A stretch of DNA of 64,000 nucleotides from an uncultured Acidimicrobiia bacterium (lineage in GTDB: Bacteria; Acidobacteriota; Terriglobia; Versatilivoradales; Versatilivoraceae), in contig CAWBAT010000009.1 in the NCBI GenBank assembly GCA_963786955.1, forward strand, positions 128,001 through 192,000. The letters are read 5' to 3'. Each line of letters opens with the position of its first letter. Positions within the stretch are counted from its first letter, which is position 1. Position numbers and translations under genes: made by a program. Of this stretch, positions 19,850 to 31,600 are shown one piece after another. Under the pieces are notes generated by a model. That model was not told the DNA's origin. It was given only the letters and a program-made list of their open reading frames with translations, and made no database searches.

Positions 19850-20722
19850 ATGAAGACATCAGCAAAAACGTGGAACACAAATTGGCTCTTTTCTCACGAC
19901 TTCGCCTGGCGGCGCTGCATTGGCAACGCAAGCTTTATTGTGGGAGTCATTTCTCTGGCTATTCTCGTATCCCCGATAATGCCCCTGAACACTAACGCTG
20001 GGACAGGGAAGACAAAACTCAAGCTCGAGCCTGGATTTAAGTCGCTTTTCGACGGGAAAGATCTCAAGGGATGGCACAAGAATCCAACTAAAATCCATCA
20101 TGGGACCGGAGGGCTGTGGACCGTTGAAGATGGAGCGATTCTCGGCCAACAGGATCCTCCGGGCAGCGGAAACGGAGGGATACTGCTAACAAATAAAAAG
20201 TATGGAAACTTTGAAGTCATCTTTGAGGTCAACCCCACCTGGGGAATGGATTCTGGATTTTTCTTGCGCAGTACCGAGATGGGGCAGTGCTACCAAATTA
20301 TGGTGGATTACTACGCAAACGGAAACGTAGGAGAGATTTACCGTGAAAGACTGGACGGGATGACCAACCGCACCTTCATGCTCGAAGGAGTCTTTGCTGA
20401 TGAATTGAAAACCCTGATTGGAGTGAACGCGATCCCAGCTCCTAAGAACGACAAAGGTCAAGGGGGGCCACCCTTTATCAAGCTTGCAGACTGGCCTCAC
20501 ATTTGGAAAGTCAACGAATGGAACACGGTTCGCGCTCGGGTCGAAGGGAACCCGCCAAACATCGTCACCTATATCAACGGGACACTCATCACCAAATACA
20601 CCAGCGAAAAGATGTTCGAAGGGATCCTGGAAGACCGCGGCTACCTGGCATTACAAGTTCATGGAGGAGATCCAGGCAAAAAACAGGTTCGATATCGCAA
20701 TATTCGAATCAAGGAACTTTAG
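19850..20722 (+). CDS. DUF1080 family protein
   Basis: SLFDGKDLKGW, GGILLT, DSGFFLR, EWNTVR, GYLALQVHGG, RYRNIRIKEL. Confidence 0.9.
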   Translation: MKTSAKTWNTNWLFSHDFAWRRCIGNASFIVGVISLAILVSPIMPLNTNAGTGKTKLKLEPGFKSLFDGKDLKGWHKNPTKIHHGTGGLWTVEDGAILGQQDPPGSGNGGILLTNKKYGNFEVIFEVNPTWGMDSGFFLRSTEMGQCYQIMVDYYANGNVGEIYRERLDGMTNRTFMLEGVFADELKTLIGVNAIPAPKNDKGQGGPPFIKLADWPHIWKVNEWNTVRARVEGNPPNIVTYINGTLITKYTSEKMFEGILEDRGYLALQVHGGDPGKKQVRYRNIRIKEL

Positions 20723-20762
20723 CCGGGAGTGCGAGCATCTTCCCCGCCATGGCACACAGGAA

Positions 20763-22980
20763 TTATCGTGCATTCCAAGAGGATCCCCACGGAATCCTGG
20801 GACCAATCTTCGTCGCGTCGATTGGCACGAAGCCGAGCTTGAATGCCGGGGAATCTGTTTTCAAACGATAATCATCTTTGGCCATACCTAAAAAGAGCGG
20901 GTCGCCGATTACAGAATCCTTGTCATAACCTTGCTTCTGCCACTCAACGAGTGAGGAGCTCTTCACCAGATTTGAAACGTCGCGGGTGTATTGAATCATG
21001 TATTTCCCGTTTTCTTTCTGAAAGTAGAGATTCCCTTCCGATTTCAACAAAGTGCGATCGGTCCACCCGGAATCGAGACTATAGAGGACTGCCGAAGGGT
21101 CATCCTGATAGAAAATGTTGTGGGTAAGATAGTTTCCCGTCATGAAACCTTCCATCGCCTTGTAGAAACCTTTTCCTTGGACAAGCGTGACCAGGTCCTG
21201 AAAGCGCACGTTGGTCCGGCAATCCACAAGAACATTATTTTCAATCAAATTGTTTTTTCCCGCATGCACCAGGACACCCGTCTGAGCGCGCGCAACGAAT
21301 GTTTCCATGTATCAGGCAGTTACTCGAGTAGTTATCCAGATAAATTGCGCTGCTGAATCCCAACTCTTTCCCCACTTTCCCGTTGGCCGCTTGGAAGCTA
21401 AAGGTATCCAGAATCATGTTGTACCGGATGACATGTCCATCTCTCTCCGCATCCTTCTTAGCGATTTCCTCCATCCACATATTGATTGCGGCAGTATCGG
21501 CAATCTCCAGGCAGGCATAACGAATTAAGTTGTATTCCACGAAGTTCCGCCCTGACGGGTTATTCCCCAGGTTGACCGCATGATGGGGAACAAATTCAAT
21601 TCGGTTATGACTAATGATGTTGCCATCACTCATCCCGGCGAAAATTCCAGCCACATATTTGTTCAATACCCCAACATGGTGGATGAAATTGTCAGAAATT
21701 TCGTTGAACAGAGGATGCATCAATTTTGAGCCGAGCAGGCAGATACCATCGGCACCAGGATAACTGATCTCATTCTCGCGGACCACATTGCGATAGTTGT
21801 GGCCCTCCAGATAGATCGCATTGCATCCGACAGCGTCAAAATGGTTGCGCTGAATCGTACAATTCTGGGCTCCCTTCATGTGCAAGGCATCGCCACCATA
21901 CTGCAGGCCCGGCCGAGGAAACATCGGTCCGGTACCCTCCACCCCTTCGTGTTGATAGTTGTCACCGTCTTTCGTCTCGGTAAAGGTGAATCCAGAGAAT
22001 CGCAGCCACGAAGCTCCTTGAATATCTACCAGGCAATCCAGCGCCGGGACCACGATTTGGTCGGACGCTTTCAAATTCCCGGCTGGAGGCCAGAAATAGA
22101 GCAGTCCATCTTCCGAGTCCAGGCACCACTCCCCTGGCTGATCCAACTCTTCCAGCATGTTTTCCAGGAAGAAGGCGTTCCCGGGGGAAAACGGAACCGG
22201 GGGATAATACCAGGGTGCCAAGTCAAACTGCATTCCCGGTCGGACAAGTGTAATCGAATCGTCTTGTTCATTGACCGACAAGATTGGAACAGTACTCCTC
22301 CAGGAACCCCACCCACCTTGGTAAAAATTCACTTCCCCCTCACTCGGCTTGGTCCAATGATGCGGAAAACTGCCTGTCTTATATTTAAAAGTCGTACTGC
22401 TCAGTTTTTCAGGGGGTCCTTCTACGAAGCCCCAGCCTCCATACATAGGGTCACTGGGGTCAAGGTTGGGAGTCCTCGCCCGGATCTGCCGCAGGCCATT
22501 CAAGAAGAGTTGACGCGACTTCCATTTTCCCCCTCTGGCACCCGGCAATGTTGCCTGAAGAATTTTTCCCTGGTAGGACTTCCACCCCGTAACTTTTCGC
22601 CCACCGCTGAGAATTGGCTTCTCCCCTGGGTAGGCTTGATAAATGGTCGGGAACTCTCTGGTTCCTGAATCTTCGGCTGTAAATACGATTGTCCGGTCCA
22701 GATAATATTTGCCGCCCCGGACCATTACGGTAACTGATTCCTTGAAACCTTGTTCCGATTTGAGCTTGCGGATGACATCGCGGGCCCTTTCCAGGGTAGC
22801 AAAAGGACCATCACTATCGGCTGCGTTCGGCACTTCAAGTGTTCCGGACCAGCGGTCATTGCCATTGGGGGCTACGTACCACGTCACCGCCAAAGCTGGC
22901 GCGGCCTTCGCGGTGATAAGACTTATCAAACAAAAAAAGGGTGTTAAGAATGTGTGGATCAGTTTAGCGCGATTCAACAA
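20763..22980 (-). pseudogene. Secreted right-handed beta-helix protein (pectin-lyase fold), split by a +1 frameshift at about 21298
   Basis: YVAPNGNDRWSG, GPFATLERARD, ELDQPGEW, AIYLDNYSS; deleting one T in AACATTCGTT restores GNIVARAQ and joins ORFs 21241..22980 and 20763..21308 (real mutation or sequencing error). Confidence 0.8.
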
Positions 22981-23022
22981 ACAAACCTCCTGAGGCGGAA
23001 CTAGATGTCTCGTTCGCCTTAT

Positions 23023-23330
23023 GGTGGACGAAGCCGCCTCGTAGAACTCGGCCCTCCAAGATGAATATCACCCACTGGAGGGCAGAGCTCTGTGACCCCG
23101 CTGTTTCTGCGGCGCAAGTGACCCGCAGGTCGCTCCTAACGGAGCTAAGGGGTTTAACCTACAATTTCTGCTATAAACAGGTCGCCGCTACGCGGTTCTC
23201 TTCTAAATGCACTGGCACTGTTCTGAATAATAGTGCTTACGTTCCGGCTTCGCTAGGAGCCTCCTGTTGATAGTCCCCAATCGCAAAGGTTCGATTAAGC
23301 TCCAGAGGAGCGACCCGTGAATAGCGCGTG
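23023..23330. repeat. Cluster of palindromic intergenic repeats
   Basis: GGTCGCTCCTAACGGAGCT and AGCTCCAGAGGAGCGACC inverted copies; GGAGGGCAGAGCTC motif also seen near 12077, 47512 and 61474. Confidence 0.5.
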
Positions 23331-23468
23331 TCCCCAGCGGAAAGAGGCGTACTGTCCGGCACAGCCCTCAGCACGCTCCGAATCAAAATCGGTTCATCCC
23401 CCGGTACCATGCTCGTTCGCTACCGCAAAACAGAGCTCAAGTGAGTCGCGCTCGGTCTCATTGAAAGA

Positions 23469-26057
23469 CTATTTGATCTGCTTATAAATCAGAATTGCCG
23501 CCGCAGGTTTTTCTTTCAACCTAACCAACAGGCCACTTTCCATAAGTTCCTGCCCGGCCACTTCGCGGGGGATGGGCTCATCCAGGTCGGTTACAACGTA
23601 CCGGGCCACGGGCTCCAGTCCACGGAGTCTGAAACGGGCTGACTCGTATGGGCTTGCGGATCGTCGGAAAGCTTGCACCATTCCGTCTCCCCTGCGAAAG
23701 CTATCAAACTGCCACGCGATCCAATCTTCCGTTGAAGTGCTGTAGCTCGTGAGTGGATAAAAGTCGCCTTCATAAAAATCAGAAACCTGACGCCACTGGG
23801 AGACAAAGCGGCGAAGCTGTGACTGATCCACGTCTTTGCGACCTGGATCCCACGCCGTCACGATCGCAGGGGCCATCTGGCTGCGAAATGTGTACGCATC
23901 GAACGAGTTAATCCCGGTTCCAAAGTACGGGATCCACAACGCGATTCCATAAGTGAGTTGTTGCATGCCGGCCGGTTCATAGGCGTAGTCACTGCGCCAG
24001 AGTGGCACGGCTCTTCTTAAGGTCTCAAGATCATTTCGACGCCCGCCCGAAGCACAGGTATCAATGAGGAGATTCGGGTGGCGTCGTCGGAGCTCATCCC
24101 AAAAGGCCAGGTATCCTGTGACGTGTTTGATTTCTGTGATGCCTTGCCGGTCTTCAGCGTCGTTCTCCCTCCAATACGGAAGGGGATCAAAGTTGAAATC
24201 CTGCCGATATAGATCGATCCCCTGTTCGATGATCATTTTGTCAACTTGATTGACCAACCAGTTCCAGGCCTCAGGATTACCCAGATTCAAGAGTCTGTTT
24301 CCACCGCTTCGTCCGAGCAGCCACTCCGGATGTGTCTCAAAAATCCAGCTGCCTTGCGTTACCCGTTCCGGCTCAAACCAAACGATGATTTTTATTCCTT
24401 TTTCATGGGCATGCACGGTGACGGGTTGGAACCCACGCGGAAATCGCTTTGTGTCCAACTCCCAGGTGCCGACGTTCCACCACGCCTCTTTGAACGAATA
24501 CCATCCGGCATCCATCCACCAATAATCGATGTTCAATCCTGCCGCAAGGTAACGATCGATGAACGCGATCTGGTTCTCTTCCGTGGATCCTTGCATCTCA
24601 ATGTCCTGGCGGCCACTGCTTGCCGCCCACTGCGGCGGCGGTAATTTTCCGTCAGGGCGAGGAAGGTTGTGAGCGTTCATCCAACGACGCCAGATGTTTT
24701 GCCCGTGAATCCAGTCACCCTCCCAAAACAACAACACGACTAGCGGACCGCGAACCTCCTCGCCTGGCAGCAACTTGAAATGCGTCAACTCTTGACCGGC
24801 CCGCATTCGCAAGCCAGTCCCTTCGTCGCGTGTAAATTGTGCGGCCCACTGCCCCGGCCATCCCAGGCCGATGATTACTCCTTGCCCTGACCATTGCAGA
24901 TTAAAGTAACAGAGGTCGCTATTCGTCGGTCGCCCTCCAGCCGCGGCAATTCGCTTTTCGGCTTTATGTTCAAGTTTGGTTTCCAAGGGTTGGTAGTCTG
25001 TGGGGGAATTGGGTGTACCTCGACTGTGATGTAAAACAAATTCTTCATTTAAATTCCGCTCAAATCGGGTATCGAGCGCTTGGATGTTTTCGAGAATAGG
25101 TGTCGTTGCCGAACTGTTATTCTTGAAAAAGAGTGTCCATTCAACCACGGGGAAGTCATCATAGGCAATTCCTACACAACGAACGACTAACCCAGTCTTC
25201 GGGTCCGTGTATGTGAGTGTGTGTTCGATACGGAAGTTGTCCAGACGAAGCACACTTCTCTTGAGTTCCCAGGTTTTCAACAACTCCGCCGAAGGTTGGT
25301 TTCCGTATCGAAACGAGAAAGGAACTTCAGAAGTAAATGGCTCTGGAAGGGGCCCCACAGGAAGGTCTTTAAGATGAATCGTGTTCCCGTTTACAAGAAC
25401 CACCTCCGCTTCAGCCCAATCCGCTTGATTAAAATCATTTCCAAATACAATACCGTCGCCAGCGTCCGTCAGCCGGAGAGTAAATTCAGTAGCCCCAGCA
25501 AGATCAACGTTCACAGCAATTCCTGCTATCCCTTCCCGAAGCACGACCGACCGAAATCTCTCTTCTCCGCCCACTTCAACCGAAGCAGTGAGGCTTCCGC
25601 GACCTTCGTTTGCATAATAGCCGACATCATTGCTGTCGACCCCGACGACGGCATGAAATGCTTTGCCTGCGCTCGGTAAGTGCACCTCTAGTTTTCCTAT
25701 AGAAGGACAATGGAGTCCGTGCTGGTAGACTTTGTCTCTGATGCGCAGGGGATGACCCGCAACGTTGTCCCGTTGGATCGAACCGCTTTTCAAATATACG
25801 CTCAAATAGGCCTGGGCCGGCTCCGGCTCTGGCCGTCCCGAGAATTTCGCTGCTACCCATCGCTTAGCGATGGGGATTTCGTCGCTAGCAGGCGACTTTG
25901 CGTAAGTTATGAAGGCGTTAAGATTCGAAAATACAAGAACACCAAAAAGAATTGGGAGAGAAAGCCCCTTTGCCGGGCCTCTCGGCAGGCTATTCCCTGA
26001 CTGCAGACCCTTTGACCCTGTTTTGCGCCGGTGCCAGAACTGTTCATGCGAGATCAT
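23469..26057 (-). CDS. GH36 alpha-galactosidase with NPCBM/NEW2 domain
   Basis: WWMDAGWY, VWFEPERV, DLYRQDFN, IDTCASGGRRND, WRSD; NPCBM-like FHAVVGVD..ADWAEA; RBS AAGGAGG. Confidence 0.9.
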   Translation of the reverse strand: MISHEQFWHRRKTGSKGLQSGNSLPRGPAKGLSLPILFGVLVFSNLNAFITYAKSPASDEIPIAKRWVAAKFSGRPEPEPAQAYLSVYLKSGSIQRDNVAGHPLRIRDKVYQHGLHCPSIGKLEVHLPSAGKAFHAVVGVDSNDVGYYANEGRGSLTASVEVGGEERFRSVVLREGIAGIAVNVDLAGATEFTLRLTDAGDGIVFGNDFNQADWAEAEVVLVNGNTIHLKDLPVGPLPEPFTSEVPFSFRYGNQPSAELLKTWELKRSVLRLDNFRIEHTLTYTDPKTGLVVRCVGIAYDDFPVVEWTLFFKNNSSATTPILENIQALDTRFERNLNEEFVLHHSRGTPNSPTDYQPLETKLEHKAEKRIAAAGGRPTNSDLCYFNLQWSGQGVIIGLGWPGQWAAQFTRDEGTGLRMRAGQELTHFKLLPGEEVRGPLVVLLFWEGDWIHGQNIWRRWMNAHNLPRPDGKLPPPQWAASSGRQDIEMQGSTEENQIAFIDRYLAAGLNIDYWWMDAGWYSFKEAWWNVGTWELDTKRFPRGFQPVTVHAHEKGIKIIVWFEPERVTQGSWIFETHPEWLLGRSGGNRLLNLGNPEAWNWLVNQVDKMIIEQGIDLYRQDFNFDPLPYWRENDAEDRQGITEIKHVTGYLAFWDELRRRHPNLLIDTCASGGRRNDLETLRRAVPLWRSDYAYEPAGMQQLTYGIALWIPYFGTGINSFDAYTFRSQMAPAIVTAWDPGRKDVDQSQLRRFVSQWRQVSDFYEGDFYPLTSYSTSTEDWIAWQFDSFRRGDGMVQAFRRSASPYESARFRLRGLEPVARYVVTDLDEPIPREVAGQELMESGLLVRLKEKPAAAILIYKQIK

Positions 26058-26346
26058 TGTTTGCCTCCTTCTGAGCGGATTTCCAGGATCTCCACCTTGT
26101 TGCTCTCTGGGAAAGCTACCGTAATGCCGCGCGGGAATCAGTGCCGGAGTATGCGCCAGCTAGCCGGTCTGTGATCACGGATCTAAGAGGCGATCATTCA
26201 CCACGACCCTGAAGTAGTGACCAATTGACCGCGTTTTAGGAAACGGACGCTATTCCGTTCCTGGTTGATTGATAAATTCATTGGATTCCCGTCCCGCGTG
26301 GCAAGGGGGAACGCTACGGCGAGCGTTCCCTATAAAACACGAATCT

Positions 26347-26556
26347 TCATGTCTTTTCCGACACTGCTGATTTGTCAGGCCTTGTCTTTTCCTTCGTCGC
26401 CCATACTGTGGCAAAGAAGATGTAGGAAATAGATCCCAGCAAAAATAACTGTTTGTAGTTCGCCATGCTCGTCTTCCCCAGGAAGACCAGCACGGCCGAG
26501 GCAAGACAAAAGAACAGGCTGGCAATGGAAATGAGTAAGCAGACAAGTCTCAACAT
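26347..26556 (-). CDS. Small two-TM membrane protein (69 aa)
   Basis: AAAGGAG RBS, ATG 26556; two hydrophobic segments; directly downstream of the permease. Confidence 0.6.
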   Translation of the reverse strand: MLRLVCLLISIASLFFCLASAVLVFLGKTSMANYKQLFLLGSISYIFFATVWATKEKTRPDKSAVSEKT

Positions 26557-26572
26557 CGTGTTGCTCCTTTCT

Positions 26573-27967
26573 TCATGAGAGTGATCGAGTGAGTTTTGCA
26601 ATCCGATTTCGCTTGAGGCCCACTTCGATCGCAATGTAGGAGACCAGTGCGAATCCGTACCCAGGCAGCCAACGATAGAACAAATGAAGTGGCATGACGG
26701 CACAAGCCGCCAAAGTCCCAACCCACACCAGGAGCACCGACCAGCGGATCGAGATTCCGTACTTTTCTGCGACATATTGTTCCAGACCAAGTTTGGGGAA
26801 TATCCAGTGCTCCGCAAAAACAATAGCGCCTACAGGCATGAGCACCAATCCGTAGAGGGCAACAAAGTCCAATAGCTTCAAAAAAAAGACTGGGAAGCAG
26901 GCCAGGAAGGTGGTGATGAGGCCGGCAAGCAAAGTAACTTTCCAGCGCGACCAACTGGGGATGATGCACTGGAAGGCCATCCCTGCACGGTAAAGAGTCG
27001 GATTAGCCGTTGTCCACCCTGCGAGGAGGACTGCGACGGCCCCGGATATCCCTAGAGCTTCGACTGCCATCAGGCCGGGATTCATTTCACGGTTGACAGC
27101 CACGACCATGACACCCGAACAAATCCAAGCTAGATAGTGTCCCAGATACATTCCAAAGGCCGAATAGAGTCCGTAGGACCAATGCCTGGCAAACCGGAAT
27201 AAGGCCAAATCGGAAAGTCCCACATGCATTGCGAGATTACAGAACCAGGCGAAAAACAAGACATGCCATAGTCCAAATTTCTCCTGACCCGCTGTCGGAA
27301 CCCCGGTCCAGATTTTTGTTTGCGCGATCTGCCACAAGTTGTCCAGATTGGGATGAACGCCCAGTCTCGGCAGTGTTGCGATGGCTCCTGCTGCAAAGGC
27401 CACGAAGATCCAGGGAGAACAAACCCCTCCAAACCGGCTCAGCGTTTTGAAACCCAGGATGGCCAGAAGGGTGAAGGCCATTCCGATGACGAAAGTAGTG
27501 AGGATCCACCCCAAGCTGTGAGGCAGAACATCATTTAGAGCCGGCGCCGGAATCCCCAGAGTGATCCCGACCGCCGTCGCAGAAACAGAGATCATCGCTC
27601 CGGCAAGGATACAAAACAAGACTCCATTGGCAATGTTGTAGATCAGAGTCAGCCCTGGACCTGCAATCCTCCTAAGGTACCAATACAACGTGAGTCGTGT
27701 GTCCGTCGCAATTGGAGCGCAGATAAAAGTCCAAGAAAGGACGGCCAGGAGATTTCCAAGAAATAGTCCCAAGAACAAGTCTAGAGCTCTAACACCATGC
27801 AAAACGAAATACGCTCCAATGACAAACTCCGTGCCGGCCACATGTTCCCCCGCCAACAGCCCCGCGTAATATCGACCCGGTTGAAGCTTTTCGGGGGGGA
27901 TGGGCTCCCGTTCGTATTCATAGAGCTGGTCCATCGTATTCGTGAGTTTCGTAATTGCCCTGGCCAT
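26573..27967 (-). CDS. Purine-cytosine permease-like (NCS1) transporter
   Basis: About 12 TM segments; EYEREP, GEHVAGTEF, AGWTTANPTLYRAG. Confidence 0.82.
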   Translation of the reverse strand: MARAITKLTNTMDQLYEYEREPIPPEKLQPGRYYAGLLAGEHVAGTEFVIGAYFVLHGVRALDLFLGLFLGNLLAVLSWTFICAPIATDTRLTLYWYLRRIAGPGLTLIYNIANGVLFCILAGAMISVSATAVGITLGIPAPALNDVLPHSLGWILTTFVIGMAFTLLAILGFKTLSRFGGVCSPWIFVAFAAGAIATLPRLGVHPNLDNLWQIAQTKIWTGVPTAGQEKFGLWHVLFFAWFCNLAMHVGLSDLALFRFARHWSYGLYSAFGMYLGHYLAWICSGVMVVAVNREMNPGLMAVEALGISGAVAVLLAGWTTANPTLYRAGMAFQCIIPSWSRWKVTLLAGLITTFLACFPVFFLKLLDFVALYGLVLMPVGAIVFAEHWIFPKLGLEQYVAEKYGISIRWSVLLVWVGTLAACAVMPLHLFYRWLPGYGFALVSYIAIEVGLKRNRIAKLTRSLS

Positions 27968-28622
27968 TTTTCTCCTTTCTCTACGAGGAGCCTTGAAGGG
28001 GTGAGATCGATCGACAGAAACTTCAATTCCTTACCCTGTCCTGGCACACGTCAGCCATACTTGATGATTGAGGGATGATTGGAATTCTTCCAAAATTGAA
28101 TTTTTCAACCTGTTTCGGCAGTAAGGACTTATCAGAGGGAGTATTCTCCTCTACTGGACAGAGTAAGGATAATCTTGAAACAAACTATACTCGGTCTGCG
28201 AGTCCTGAGTCAAAAAAACGGGTATTCTGTTCTTGCTTTTCAAGCGATACCACTTTTTGATAGCGTGTCACTAAGGGATCAGTGGGATTTCCCATCTTCC
28301 CCCTTTTCCAGGAGAATTTGCATTCTCTTGAGAGTTGTCGATTGCAAACCGGGTCCCTTGATGCACTGTGATTCTCTTGTGCCGAGCGCCGTCTGAGGGC
28401 AGCCGGTCTGCAAGAAGAGCGGACTTCTCAACAGGCTTTGCAGTCGGGTCGCCTGACCCAATCTGATTTACTCTTCCTTCAACCACCAAGCGAGGCTGGG
28501 GTTTAAGAATGCCTCAAACTGATCCATCAGCAATATAGAAACCAATTTTCTTCTCTTCCCGAGATTGCAGCGAAGGCACTCTCCGGTCGAGAATAAGAAC
28601 CTCTTAAAAAGGAGACGTTCTC

Positions 28623-31600
28623 ATGACATTCATCTACAACCGAAGATGGTTTCTGAGGAACTCCGCTTTATGGGCTTTGGCGGCACCCACTCTTCCCGGC
28701 ATAAGTACTCCATACCCCTTGATTCAAGCTGGTCAAGTTGGAGTTGAGCCGGCAGGAATGCTCGCGCACGCGTTTCTGGATCCGCCGGAAGCCGCCTGGC
28801 CGTGGGTTTACTGGGTCATCACCGATGGGACCCTCACCCGTGAAGGCATCACGGCAGACCTCGAAGCGATGCGCAGGGTGGGCATTCGCGGAGTCTTGTA
28901 TTTGGAGGTGGATCTGTTTGTGCCGAAGGGACCCGTGCGCTTTTTGAGCCCTCAATGGCGAGAGTTGATCCAGCATACTGTGAAGGAAGCCACACGTCTC
29001 GGCATCACCATCAGTATGAACAACGATGGAGGTTACACCGGCAGCGGCGGTCCTTGGATAACCCCGGAATTATCGATGCAGGTCATGGTCTGGAGTGAGA
29101 CGGCTATAATCGGTCCGAAGCGCTTCTCCGAAGTACTGGCACAACCAAAAGCTGTCCAAAGCTACTATAAAGACATTGCCGTGCTGGCTTTCCCCACACC
29201 CCCGGCAGAAGGCGAGGGAATGGCCGCACGATCTCCCAAAATGACCTATGGACTCGACCGGAAGAGCTTTAATGCTGCCGGGCTAATCAGCGGCGATCCC
29301 GCCGCAGTGACGCTGCTGCCGCCGGTCCAAGAAGGACAGTCGCAGATCTTGAATATTGACTTCCCTGAACCCTTCACGGCTCAAGCGCTGACGATCGCGT
29401 TGGATCCTTGGAACTCCGAAATAACCGGTACGCTAGAAGCTTCCGACGATGGCCAACACTTCGAGACAATCCGCCCGTTCAGGTTGCGTTGGCCCCGTTC
29501 GTCGGTCAATTTTCTTAAGGTAACCGCTCGCTATTACCGGATTATCATGAAAGGCCCTTCAGAGGAGGTCGATTGGCTTTTCCGAACGTTTGCTAAGGGG
29601 TTTCCACTCAACGAAGTCGAGCTTCATCCCGACTTACGCCTTGAAGACATACCTGGGAAAGCTGCCTACATGCGCCAAGAGGTATTTTCCGGAGAGCCTG
29701 CGATAACGGCCGAGATGGCCGTTCAACGAAACCAAATTCTAGATCTGAGTAGCAAGTTAGACGGTGAGGGTCGTCTCAGCTGGGATGTTCCTGCCGGCAA
29801 TTGGACGGTGCTTCGAATCGGGCATACGTCCACGGGAAAAATGAATCATCCGGCACCAGAAGAAAGCCTCGGCCTGGAGTGCGATAAGCTCAGTAAGAAG
29901 GCCATCGAGGTGCACTTCGCCGAATTGATGGGCAAACTGCTGGATGACCAGGCGGCCATTCACGGGACAGCTTTGAAAATGACCCATATCGATAGCTGGG
30001 AGACGGGTGCGCAGAACTGGACGCCAGGGTTCCGGGAAGAATTCCGAAAGAAATGCGGGTATGATCTGCTCCCGTATTTGCCTGTCCTCACGGGTCGGGC
30101 AGTTGGAAGCCGGGAGGTATCAGAACGATTCCTGTGGGACTTACGGCACACGATTGCCGATCTTCTGCTGGAGAACTACGCCGGACATTTGAGGGAGATT
30201 AGCCACCAGCATGGGCTGACTTTGTCCATCGAAGCCTACGGTGGTGGCCCATTCGACGACGTTGCCTATGCCGGCTACGCCGACTTGCCGATGTGTGAAT
30301 TCTGGTCCGGAAAGCCCTTTTGGTGGGATCTGTTGATGGGCTGGTGCAAGGCCATGGCTTCGGCTGCGCATATTTCCGGCCGGCCTATTGTTGCAGCCGA
30401 GTCGTATACCGCCGAACCTGAAAGTGCAAAGTGGCAAGCTCATCCATTCCGGATGAAGCCGCTCGGAGACATGGCTTTCACGCTTGGGGTCAACCGCTTT
30501 GTCTTCCACCGCTATTGCATGCAGCCGTGGACTGACCGGCTGCCCGGCATGACGTTTGGACCGTTTGGTGTTCATTACGAACGAACTAACACCTGGTGGG
30601 AACTGTCGCGTCCGTGGCATACCTATCTTGCGCGGTGCCAAACCCTCTTGCAGAGCGGCCAATTTGTTGCCGATGTGGCCTATCTCGGCAGCGAAAATTC
30701 GCCAAACTCGTTTCCAAGTCGGGAAGCAATGGATCCCCCCATCCCATCCGGTTATGACTTTGACGATATACCTCCTGCGGTTTTATTGACACAAATGACA
30801 TGGAGTGGTGGACGATTCCTTCTGCCGAGCGGGATGAGCTACAGGATACTCGTTTTGCCTCCGGGACGGACGATGACGCCTGCTCTGCTTGGAAAGATCA
30901 AGGAACTCGTGCTTGTGGGGGCAACGGTCGTCGGGCCACGTCCCGCAAATTCCCCAAGCCTGACCGACTATCCAACCTGTGACGCCGAAGTCCAACAATT
31001 GGCTGCAGAGTTGTGGGGCGACTGCGATGGCGTGAGCATCACCGAGAACCGTTACGGCAAAGGCAAAATCGTGTGGGGAAAACCTCTCACGGAAGTCCTG
31101 TCGGGATTGAGTGTGAGACCCGACTTTTCAGCTCTCGATGTGAAAGTGGGAGAGGACATTCGCACCATTCATCGCCAGGTTGATGGCAACGACCTTTATT
31201 TTGTTGCCAGTGGACTTCCGGAAGCCCGGAGATTTCTGTGCTCCTTCCGCGTCACAGGAAAGCGGCCGGAGCTGTGGTGGCCGGATACGGGGCGGATGGA
31301 ACCGGTGGCAGTTTTCGACGAACGCAACGAGAGCACGGTCATTCCTCTATCACTCGATCCTTATGGATCTGTCTTTGTCGTTTTTCGAACGGACGAAAAG
31401 CCTACGCCAGACCGGGTGATTTCTCTGCGCCGAAACGGCGTGGAGCTGTCAGGACTTGCTCCCACGCCTGCTCCGGAAATTCAGCTCCGGCATGAACCCG
31501 TTTCCGTTAGCGTGAACCCTGGTGATGCGACAGGATTTCACATCGAAGTAGCAAACCCTGGGAATTACGAGCTGAAGACCTTTGGCGGCCGCAGACTTAG

